From positions 4,370-68,369 of the forward strand of contig CABMDO010000013.1 in the NCBI GenBank assembly GCA_902384935.1: 64,000 nucleotides of DNA. Reading direction: 5' to 3'. Position 1 is the first letter of the stretch. Every line of letters begins with the position of its first letter. The stretch comes from Candidatus Norongarragalina meridionalis. Its GTDB lineage: Archaea > Micrarchaeota > Micrarchaeia > Norongarragalinales > Norongarragalinaceae. Position numbers and translations under genes: made by a program. Under the pieces are notes generated by a model. It was not told where the DNA came from and did no database searches. It saw only the letters and a program-made list of their open reading frames with translations. This document shows positions 9,330 to 16,767 of this stretch, piece after piece.

Positions 9330-10196
9330 GTGGGTATCTTGAGGCGTCTGCTGTTGCTGATATTGGTAGCTGGCTTCGTCTCCAGCCTCACGGAGAACGA
9401 GCAGCAGGTTCTTTTCGTCAACGCTACGCAGAGGGCACTCTCGCAGCATTTCGGCGCGCCGATAGATTTCCGCTCGGTATCGTACAACGCGTATTCTAAC
9501 CAGTACGATGCCGACTACGCGGACCTCATGTACACGTTCCACATCCTTCCGGCGCGGCAGTCCATCGGCGCTTACTCCGTAAGCAAGAAAATCAACGGCA
9601 TAGAGCTTTGGATGCGCATGCGCGGCTTGTGGAATCCGCAGCCGTCAAAAACCGCGTACGATGCGGGATTCTATTGCCCGGTTTCCAACTACACTGAATT
9701 CGGACTAGAATACCATCTGGAGCAGGGAAACCTTACGGACGTCGAGGAGTTCGGCAATATTCTGACGAACGCGTGCCTCGAATTCATTTTGTCGCTGACG
9801 CAGTCGCCCTCGCCCACGCCATCCCCGACTCCTACGCCTACCCCTACGGCGGTGCCATCTCCTTCGCCTTCCCCGTCGCCAATAGCGTCGCCGACAATAA
9901 TTCCGACGCCGACTTCAACAGTTGTTCCTTCGCCGTCCCCGTCGCCTTCAGCGGCGCCGGTTGTCAGCCAGGAGCAGCCGCAGACGCGCTGGAAGCTCAT
10001 AGTGCCCTTTGATTTGCAGACAGCCGCGCTCGTCGCCGTAGTGCTTCTGCTTCCGCTCGCGTACGTCTTCATGAAGCGCAACTTCCACCACGACGCGCAG
10101 AGGAAATCCACCGCTCTCGGTTATTACCGCAACATGGCGGGCTTCCTCTCGCAGGACGGGACGAAGCGCAAGAAATTCGTGCAGAAAAAGCTTTGA
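9330..10196 (+). CDS. Secreted protein with Pro/Ser/Thr repeat linker and C-terminal TM anchor (first gene of the HydA-like operon)
   Basis: GTG start at 9330 gives a signal peptide [23 protein letters not shown] repeat [27 protein letters not shown]-terminal TM helix. The track start 9084 overlaps the HAD gene on the other strand and is rejected. Confidence 0.55.
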   Translation: MGILRRLLLLILVAGFVSSLTENEQQVLFVNATQRALSQHFGAPIDFRSVSYNAYSNQYDADYADLMYTFHILPARQSIGAYSVSKKINGIELWMRMRGLWNPQPSKTAYDAGFYCPVSNYTEFGLEYHLEQGNLTDVEEFGNILTNACLEFILSLTQSPSPTPSPTPTPTPTAVPSPSPSPSPIASPTIIPTPTSTVVPSPSPSPSAAPVVSQEQPQTRWKLIVPFDLQTAALVAVVLLLPLAYVFMKRNFHHDAQRKSTALGYYRNMAGFLSQDGTKRKKFVQKKL

Positions 10197-10197
10197 G

Positions 10198-10725
10198 GTG
10201 AGGGATTCGATGGGAAAATTCGCCGCACTTGTAATGTTGATTGCGTTCGCTCTGTCCGTTTCGGCGTGGTGCAATACCACCGGCGACCAAGCCGGGTTAG
10301 TCGCGGGATGCTGCACCGACCAGTGGGGCACCAAGTGCGATTCCTGCTCGACGGATTTGAACGGGCATGCCGTTGTCCTGAAATACAACTGCCCGAACGG
10401 CGCGTCGAGCGAGTGCTTCGCGTACAAGGTGGCGTGCAGCGTGGACAAGACGTGCACGGACGGAGCATGCGCGCCGATTTACGGGGCGACTCCGACAGCC
10501 GCGCCGACGTATTCGGTGCCGACCGCGGCACCGACGTACTCCTCCGCGACGACACAGCCGACGCAGTACCCGACATACCCGACAGCCAGCTCTACGCCGA
10601 TGCCCGCGCAGCCGATTTCAACGGACATGTTCATGCTCGGCGGCGTGCTCGTGATCGCGCTTCTCGCGGTGATATGGTTCGTCGCGCGCAAACCTGCGCA
10701 GGCGAAGAAGAACAGGAAGGGGTGA
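10198..10725 (+). CDS. Small Cys-rich secreted protein with PT-rich linker and C-terminal TM anchor
   Basis: Signal peptide (MGKFAALVMLIAFALSVSA). About 10 Cys in a roughly 70-aa domain (CNTTGDQAGLVAGCCTDQWGTKCDSCS...CPNGASSEC...CSVDKTCTDGAC). APTYS repeats. TM helix and KKNRKG tail. Confidence 0.55.
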   Translation: MRDSMGKFAALVMLIAFALSVSAWCNTTGDQAGLVAGCCTDQWGTKCDSCSTDLNGHAVVLKYNCPNGASSECFAYKVACSVDKTCTDGACAPIYGATPTAAPTYSVPTAAPTYSSATTQPTQYPTYPTASSTPMPAQPISTDMFMLGGVLVIALLAVIWFVARKPAQAKKNRKG

Positions 10726-10729
10726 GGCT

Positions 10730-11191
10730 ATGCAACTGGTCGGAATGAGCATGTGGGTATACCTGATGCTGCTGTCAATCGGCATCATGGGCATACTTCC
10801 CTTCCTCATCAAGAAGAAGCACTGCTCGGAAATGCTGAAGATGGCGTTTTTCCTCGCGCTGTTCGATTTCGCTTTTGAAAACATAGGCGCGATACAGGGC
10901 TACTGGTATTCCACCGGAAGCGCGTTCCCGCTTCTCGCGGTGCCCATAGAAGTGTTCATAATCGCCCTTGCGGCGGGCTCGGCGTACGCGCTGATATTCC
11001 CGTCCAAGTTCGAGTGGCACTTCGCAATCGCCTCGAGCCTCGTCATCGCCGCCGTGGGCACGTTCATAGAGGCGATGCTCATCGGCGCGGGCAATCTGCA
11101 CTACGCGAACGGCTGGACTTCCTATCAGGCGTTCGCGTCGTACTTCGTCGTGTTCCTGATGATGGCGCGCGTGAACGAGCTGCTTGCGTGA
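10730..11191 (+). CDS. Hypothetical 4-TM membrane protein
   Basis: Hydrophobic helices throughout and GC3-rich codons. Its stop is 5 nt before the ATG of the next gene (11196). Confidence 0.5.
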   Translation: MQLVGMSMWVYLMLLSIGIMGILPFLIKKKHCSEMLKMAFFLALFDFAFENIGAIQGYWYSTGSAFPLLAVPIEVFIIALAAGSAYALIFPSKFEWHFAIASSLVIAAVGTFIEAMLIGAGNLHYANGWTSYQAFASYFVVFLMMARVNELLA

Positions 11192-11195
11192 TGCG

Positions 11196-12308
11196 ATGGA
11201 AGAACTCGAGCGCCTGCTTTCATCGAAGAAAATCGTAGCGGTCCAGACTGCGCCGTCGGTGCGCGTGACTCTCGGCGAGGAGTTCGGTTTGAAGCCCGGC
11301 ACCGATGTCACGGGGCGCGTCGTAGCCGCGTTGCGCATGCTCGGGTTCAAGTACGTTTTCGACACGGATTTCGGAGCCGAGGTTACTGTGCTCGAGGAGG
11401 CGCAGGAGCTTCTCGAACGCCTTGAACAGCAGGAGCGCCTGCCTCTTTTTACCTCGTGCTGCCCGGGCTGGACGCGCTTCTGCCTGAAACAGTTCCCGAC
11501 GCTGGAGCAGAACCTTTCCGAGTGCAAGGCGCCGCAGCAGATTCTCGGCTCGCTCGCGAAGACGTATTTCGCGAAGAAAATCCGCAAGCAGGCGAAGGAC
11601 GTCGCCGTCGTATCGATAATGCCCTGCTTCTCCAAGAAACTCGAAGCCAAGGAGCGCGAGCATGCCATCGCAGGGGCGTCGCAGGACGTCGATCTGGTCA
11701 TAACGACGCACGAGCTCGCGCAGATGCTCAAGGCCAAGGGCATAGACCTGCGCAGGCTTTCCGACGAGGAGTTCGACAATCCTCTCGGAGTAACGGGCGG
11801 GGCGGGTGCGCTGTTCGGCGCAACCGGCGGAATCGCCGAGGCGGTTATGCGCACTGCGTATCATGCAACAACTGGCGGCGCCCTTCCGCGCTTCGAATCG
11901 AACATGCGGCCAGCGCTCGGGCAAATCAAGGAGTATTCCATCATGATGGGAGACCGGGACGTGCATCTCGCGATAGTGCAGGGCTACCCCAACGCTTCCG
12001 TAGTGTGCAAGCGCGTGCTCGAGGAAAAGCGCAACGGAATGCGTTCGCTCGATTTCGTCGAGGTGCTCGGTTGCATCGGGGGCTGCGTCGGCGGTCCGGG
12101 GCAGCCCGATACGGGCGAGGATGCGGTGCTGATGCGCGCGGCGGCACTGCACGAGCGCGATCGCCGCCTACCGCTCAGGAGCGCGCACGACAACCCCGCG
12201 GTGAAGAAGGTTTACGCGTCGATGCTCGGGAAGCCCGGAAGCGCAAAGGCTAAGAAGTTCCTGCACCGGGGGCAGCGCGGTTATGCTGAGATGCTGAAGA
12301 CGCTGTGA
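11196..12308 (+). CDS. [FeFe]-hydrogenase-like protein, H-cluster domain only (HydA-like, M1-type)
   Basis: All three H-cluster signatures are present: L1 FTSCCPGW, L2 MPCFSKKLEAKE, L3 EVLGCIGGCVGGPGQP. The N-terminal APSVRVTLGEEFG resembles the start of the H-domain. No ferredoxin-like F-cluster domain. ATG at 11196 (the track start 11184 is a TTG). Confidence 0.75.
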   Translation: MEELERLLSSKKIVAVQTAPSVRVTLGEEFGLKPGTDVTGRVVAALRMLGFKYVFDTDFGAEVTVLEEAQELLERLEQQERLPLFTSCCPGWTRFCLKQFPTLEQNLSECKAPQQILGSLAKTYFAKKIRKQAKDVAVVSIMPCFSKKLEAKEREHAIAGASQDVDLVITTHELAQMLKAKGIDLRRLSDEEFDNPLGVTGGAGALFGATGGIAEAVMRTAYHATTGGALPRFESNMRPALGQIKEYSIMMGDRDVHLAIVQGYPNASVVCKRVLEEKRNGMRSLDFVEVLGCIGGCVGGPGQPDTGEDAVLMRAAALHERDRRLPLRSAHDNPAVKKVYASMLGKPGSAKAKKFLHRGQRGYAEMLKTL

Positions 12309-12318
12309 GGCGAGAATA

Positions 12319-12858
12319 ATGGGTTTTGCATTCGAATTTCCGTTTTCAGGAGCCGACGAGAACGTCCGCGTCCTTTTTTATTCGGCGGTAGCGTTCTTCG
12401 TCCCGTTTTTCCTTGACGGCCCGCAACTTCTCGTAGGCACGATAGTGAACGCGATGCTCGTCACGTGCGCGTTGGACGTGCGCGGCAACCGCGTGCTTCC
12501 CGTGATTTTCCTTCCGTCGATAGCGGCTGTTTCGCGCGGACTGATTTTCGGCCCGTTCACGCCTTTCCTGGCGGTGATGATGCCGGTGATATGGATTGGC
12601 AACGCCACGCTCGTTTTCGGAATACGGAGACTCGTGAGCCGCAACGTAAACGCAGTCTCCTCCGTCGCGGTCGCCGCATGCGCCAAATCCATCGTGCTCT
12701 TCGCGGCAGCCTATGCATTGGTTGCGACCGCTGCGCTTCCCGCACTGTTCCTGACGGCGATGGGTGCGGTGCAGCTCGCAACTGCCGTGATGGGCGGCGG
12801 GGTTGCGTTGTTTCTCCGCAACGCTTTAATGCGTCCGCGCCGTAACGCTTCTGGATGA
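12319..12858 (+). CDS. Hypothetical polytopic membrane protein (about 5-6 TM; ECF-S-component-like size)
   Basis: 179 aa, very hydrophobic. Its stop overlaps the start of the downstream radical SAM gene (ATGA). Confidence 0.5.
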   Translation: MGFAFEFPFSGADENVRVLFYSAVAFFVPFFLDGPQLLVGTIVNAMLVTCALDVRGNRVLPVIFLPSIAAVSRGLIFGPFTPFLAVMMPVIWIGNATLVFGIRRLVSRNVNAVSSVAVAACAKSIVLFAAAYALVATAALPALFLTAMGAVQLATAVMGGGVALFLRNALMRPRRNASG

Positions 12859-13550
12859 ACCTGCACTTCGCAAGCATGGTTGACGATGATCCGTCTGCTT
12901 ATCCTCGGAAGCGCTCTTCCGTGATATTCCTGTGCGGATGCCCGCTGAAATGCGGCTTCTGCTGCCGCCCCGAGCTTCTCGACACCTCGTCGTGCGGCGA
13001 GGAGCCTACGTCGTTTTTCAGCCGCCATTTCGCCGAAACGAAGCCCGAGGCAGTCGTCTTCGCCGGAGGCGAGCCGCTGATGCAGGGGAACGCGCTCCAC
13101 GAGCTATGCATGATTCTGGCGAAGCAGCAGCGCGTTTCCGTAAAGATAGACACGTGCGGCTACTATCCCGATGCGCTCGCGGATTTGCTTCCGTTCCTCT
13201 CGTACGTCTCGCTCGACATAAAGACGCGACTGAAGCAGAATGACTACGCCGAGATGACGGGTTTCGAAGGCAACCCCGAGCTCCTGCTCAGCAATGTCCT
13301 GCGCTCGCTCGCTTTTCTCGAGAAGCTCGGCAGCCACGTGTTCAAGGAGTTCCGCTTCACGATAGTCGAAGGAAAGAACGACGACGCGGAAATCGCCGAG
13401 AGCGTGGCGAAATACGTCGCTCCTTACTGCGACCGCTTCCTCGTCGTGGCGGATGACCGGAACAATGCGCTTCCCATAGCGCAAGCGTGCCGCAAGCACG
13501 TGCAGAACGTTGCGTTGCGCACCCCGCAGGCAGAGGAAAAGGTCTTCTGA
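12855..13550 (+). CDS. Small radical SAM protein, glycyl-radical-enzyme activase-like (PflA/NrdG/QueE-like)
   Basis: CxxxCxxC cluster (CGCPLKCGFCC) about 25 aa from the N-terminus. GGEPL motif. 231 aa, typical of NrdG/QueE-size activases. Confidence 0.6.
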   Translation: MNLHFASMVDDDPSAYPRKRSSVIFLCGCPLKCGFCCRPELLDTSSCGEEPTSFFSRHFAETKPEAVVFAGGEPLMQGNALHELCMILAKQQRVSVKIDTCGYYPDALADLLPFLSYVSLDIKTRLKQNDYAEMTGFEGNPELLLSNVLRSLAFLEKLGSHVFKEFRFTIVEGKNDDAEIAESVAKYVAPYCDRFLVVADDRNNALPIAQACRKHVQNVALRTPQAEEKVF

Positions 13551-13584
13551 AGCGTTTTTAACATTTTCCGTGCAGTATTAGTTA

Positions 13585-13713
13585 ATGGGTTCCGAAACGC
13601 TCCCGTACCTCCTGTTCGCCATCGCCGTAGCCTATTGGCTGAACGACCAGGGGCACATCGGCGACACGGACTGGCTCCTCCTGCTTTTCATCCTAATCGC
13701 CGTCCTTTGCTAG
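13585..13713 (+). CDS. Possible 42-aa single-TM membrane peptide
   Basis: ATG..TAG small ORF (MGSETLPYLLFAIAVAYWLNDQGHIGDTDWLLLLFILIAVLC) with GC3-rich codons. It is below the ORF-track size cutoff. Confidence 0.25.
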   Translation: MGSETLPYLLFAIAVAYWLNDQGHIGDTDWLLLLFILIAVLC

Positions 13714-13902
13714 CCGCGCAATCGCTTTTTATAATCCGCCGCGCAAATAATAGCAGTGATGAAACTGTCCCAGACGGAGTTTCGAAAGAAACTGTGACGA
13801 ACGGAGTAGCTTCTGATGAAAAATTACTTTGCGGCGAGCCAGCATAGGCCAGCATGGCTCCGTGCCGCAAAGGGATTTTAATCCTGACTTCCTCGCATTC
13901 CC

Positions 13903-15450
13903 ATGCGCAATTTCTTCAACCGCGTCCTGCTTACCGCGGCTACCGGCGTCCCCGAAAAGGCGGAGAAAAAGCTGGCTGCCGCAGGCGGACGTTTCGGGGA
14001 AAGCATCTCGGCGAACTGTTCGGCGGCGAGGAACGCGCTGCCCCTGTGCCAGGACACGGGCTATCACGTCGTCTTTTTGGACGTGGGACCGCGATGCGGG
14101 ATTAATGTGGCGGAGACGGTTCGCGACATCCGCGCCTCCTTGCGTTCCGTTTCCTCATCGCTTCCGTTGCGTCCCCGCATTCCGAATCCCTTTTCCAAGA
14201 AATTCGCCGAGGGCAACGTCGGATTCGGCATGCCCGACGTGAGAATTTCCGTCGACGGAACGCTAGGTTCGGCATGGCGCGTCTCCGTGCTGCAAATCGG
14301 CGGCGGGGCGGAGGATCAGAGCGCGTACGCGGTAGGCACGTATGACGACAACGACGCAGAAAAATGCATAATGCGCATTGCTCTCGACGCCGTCCGTTCC
14401 GCCGGGGGGAAAGGTTGCCCTCCGTATTGGGTTGCAATTGGTTTGGGAGCAACCAGCGCAATCGCCTGCGGAAACGCGGAGCGCGCCTTCGTTGACAAAT
14501 TCATAGGCAGGACGCAGGAGCCCGCGTTTGAACGCCGCCTGCTGCGCGACATCAACGCTCTTGGCGTGGGAGTCATGGGACTGGGCAGCGGAAAAACCGC
14601 GCTCGACGTGGCGCTGCGTTGGACGGGCGGACCGCACCAGAACGTTTGCGTGAAAACGCTGTGCTGGGCGCTGCGGCTGTGCGTTGTCGAAGTGAAAGGA
14701 AAGAACGTTCGGTGCATAACGCATCCGTCGAAAACGACGGAGTTCCAAGCTGCATTCGACGGCAAGAAATCATTGACGGAGAAACCGGCATTAATTCCCG
14801 CAGTTTCCGGAAAGCCGTTCTCCGTTATTACGAGCCTGCGCGCCGGGGATTTCGTTTCCCTGCGCGGCGACTTCCTGACGATGCGCGACAGGGCGTACGT
14901 TCTTGTTCGACGCATTCCGCAGAATGCGTCCAGCAGGGCGAAGAAAACCAGAATCGCAACGCCTGCGGCAATCTATCATTGCGGCCCGGTTGTGAAGAAC
15001 GGCCGCGTGGTTGCCGCGGGACCCACGACGAGCGCCCGCTTCGCCGAGGGAATCGCGCTCATGGCGGGGCGCGGGACGAAGATATTCATAGGAAAGGGAG
15101 AGCTGCCGAAGAAGGCGGTCGACGCTCTGCGCAGAAAGCATGCCGTCTATCTTCTTGCGTGCGGTGGATGCGGCGCGCTTTACGGCTCGCAGTTTTCGAT
15201 TTCCAAAAGATACTGGAGCGAGCTGGGAATGGCGGAATCGCCGTGGCTGTTATCTTCTGAAGGTTTTGGCCCTCTCCTGGTGGCGATAGACGCGAAAGGA
15301 AGGAGCGTATTCGACGGCATCGAGCGTAAGACTGCGGGCAATTATTCGCGTTTGCTGAAGAAGCTGCGTTTGGAAGGAAATTGGGCGTATGGGGGCGTGA
15401 AGGACGTCCTCGGAAGCGCGGAAACCGCCAAGCGGCTCGCAAAGTATTAA
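13903..15450 (+). CDS. Class I (Fe-S) fumarate hydratase / tartrate dehydratase, fused alpha+beta domains
   Basis: CQDTGY motif of the FumA/TtdA catalytic domain in the N-terminal half. The C-terminal half resembles the beta subunit (FumB/TtdB). Single 515-aa polypeptide. Confidence 0.7.
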   Translation: MRNFFNRVLLTAATGVPEKAEKKLAAAGGRFGESISANCSAARNALPLCQDTGYHVVFLDVGPRCGINVAETVRDIRASLRSVSSSLPLRPRIPNPFSKKFAEGNVGFGMPDVRISVDGTLGSAWRVSVLQIGGGAEDQSAYAVGTYDDNDAEKCIMRIALDAVRSAGGKGCPPYWVAIGLGATSAIACGNAERAFVDKFIGRTQEPAFERRLLRDINALGVGVMGLGSGKTALDVALRWTGGPHQNVCVKTLCWALRLCVVEVKGKNVRCITHPSKTTEFQAAFDGKKSLTEKPALIPAVSGKPFSVITSLRAGDFVSLRGDFLTMRDRAYVLVRRIPQNASSRAKKTRIATPAAIYHCGPVVKNGRVVAAGPTTSARFAEGIALMAGRGTKIFIGKGELPKKAVDALRRKHAVYLLACGGCGALYGSQFSISKRYWSELGMAESPWLLSSEGFGPLLVAIDAKGRSVFDGIERKTAGNYSRLLKKLRLEGNWAYGGVKDVLGSAETAKRLAKY

Positions 15451-15488
15451 ATGCGTTCGTTCAGTTAGTTGATTGGGTGGGGTTGAAG

Positions 15489-16517
15489 ATGCGTTACGCT
15501 GATTCTGGGGTTGACCGAAAGACGAGGGAACGCGCCAAACGCGGCGTGAGCGTATTCGGAAGCGCGGGACTCAAAACGCCGTTCAATTCCCTGATTCCGC
15601 TGGATTCCAAATCATATTATTCTTTCTGCACCGACGGCATCGGCACGAAGTGCCTCGTCGCACAGCTCGCGGACAAGCACGACGGCATCGGCATAGACGC
15701 CGTGGCGATGGTTGCGAACGATACTATCAGGAGCGGCGCCGCACCTGCCGCGCTCGTCGACGTAATCGACATCCGCAAAACCGAGGAACACCTGCTGAGG
15801 ACGCTTCTTCGCTCGATTGCGGAAGGCGCGAGGCAGTCCGACTGCCCAGTAGTGGGCGGGGAAACCGCGGATTTGGGCGAAATGGTGGGCGGAATCGGCG
15901 CGAATCCATATAACGTTAATTGCTCGTGCGTGGGGTTCGTAAAAAAGAAGGACGTTGTTGCGGGAACGGGTTTGAAGTCCGGCGACGTCATAATCGGATT
16001 GCGCTCTTCCGGAATACACAGCAACGGCTTTTCCCTCGTGAGAAAGGCGCTGTTCGCGCAGTGGGGCGGACGCTTCAACGCGCATGACAAACCCGAGGCA
16101 TTGCGCGGAAAAACAGTCGGCGACGCATGCCTCGAACCGACGCGCATCTACGTTAAAAGCGTGCTCAAGGCGATGAAGAACGCGGACGTGAAGGCGGCGG
16201 TTCACATCACCGGCGACGCTTACGTCAAGTTCGACAAGCTTTTCGCTTTTTCCAAAGGCGTCGGAATGCGCTTCGACAATTTCAAGCCCCAGCCTGTTTT
16301 CGGGCTCGTCCAGCAGTGCGGCAGCGTGCCCGACGACGAGATGCTGAAGACGTTCAACATGGGCTGGGGATTCGCGTTAATCGCGCCGAAGGAAGAGGAG
16401 GATGCGCTGCTGTTGCTGCTGAAGAATGAGGGGGCAGAGAAAATCGGCGAAGTCACTTCGCATGCAGGCGCAATCGAGGCAGTTTTCAAAGGCAAGCACA
16501 TCGTTCTCAAAAGATAA
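15489..16517 (+). CDS. purM: Phosphoribosylformylglycinamidine cyclo-ligase (AIR synthetase)
   Basis: N-terminus MRYADSGVD (PurM consensus M.YkdAGVD). AIRS N and C domains. The ORF-track start 15381 is rejected as an upstream extension. Confidence 0.85.
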   Translation: MRYADSGVDRKTRERAKRGVSVFGSAGLKTPFNSLIPLDSKSYYSFCTDGIGTKCLVAQLADKHDGIGIDAVAMVANDTIRSGAAPAALVDVIDIRKTEEHLLRTLLRSIAEGARQSDCPVVGGETADLGEMVGGIGANPYNVNCSCVGFVKKKDVVAGTGLKSGDVIIGLRSSGIHSNGFSLVRKALFAQWGGRFNAHDKPEALRGKTVGDACLEPTRIYVKSVLKAMKNADVKAAVHITGDAYVKFDKLFAFSKGVGMRFDNFKPQPVFGLVQQCGSVPDDEMLKTFNMGWGFALIAPKEEEDALLLLLKNEGAEKIGEVTSHAGAIEAVFKGKHIVLKR

Positions 16518-16528
16518 AGGGTGGTTTC

Positions 16529-16750
16529 ATGTTGTATCGCGTCGAAGTCCGCTACAAGAAGGGCGTTCTGGATCCCGAGGGCAACGCCGCGCTCGACGCG
16601 CTGCGCTCTCTCGGTTTCAAGGCCGATGCGGTTGCAACCGCGAAGGTTTACCTGATCGAGACGCCGTCTTCGCAGAAGGACGTCGAGGAGATGTGCCGCA
16701 AACTTCTGACGAATCCGATAATACACGACTATTCGGTGAGCAAGGCTTGA
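16529..16750 (+). CDS. purS: FGAM synthase PurS subunit
   Basis: 73 aa, MLYRVEVRYKKGVLDPEG, classic PurS. Confidence 0.85.
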   Translation: MLYRVEVRYKKGVLDPEGNAALDALRSLGFKADAVATAKVYLIETPSSQKDVEEMCRKLLTNPIIHDYSVSKA

Positions 16751-16767
16751 TTGTGAAAATAAGCGGG

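Noticed and set aside
9780-9960. DNA-level short tandem repeats (ccgtcgcc / tcgcc motifs) resembling a degenerate array
   Set aside because: They encode the (PS)n/(PT)n linker of a secreted protein. There are no regular spacer-repeat units, so this is not CRISPR. The same applies to 49190-49270.
10775-11854. 359-aa minus-strand ORF (Arg/Ala/Ser-rich) overlapping the membrane protein and HydA-like genes
   Set aside because: Antisense to ORFs with clear homology motifs and GC3-rich codon usage. The translation is low-complexity and Arg-rich, typical of spurious frames in GC-rich DNA.
11220-12152. 310-aa minus-strand ORF and a 265-aa + strand alternate-frame ORF (11456-12253) over the HydA-like gene
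   Set aside because: The HydA-like frame carries all H-cluster motifs. These frames are Arg/Ala-rich GC artefacts.
15612-16205. 197-aa and 176-aa minus-strand ORFs inside purM
   Set aside because: Antisense to a well-conserved purM, with no motifs.
16426-16767. Upstream extension of the purL ORF
   Set aside because: It overlaps purS in another frame. PurL homology starts near 16768.
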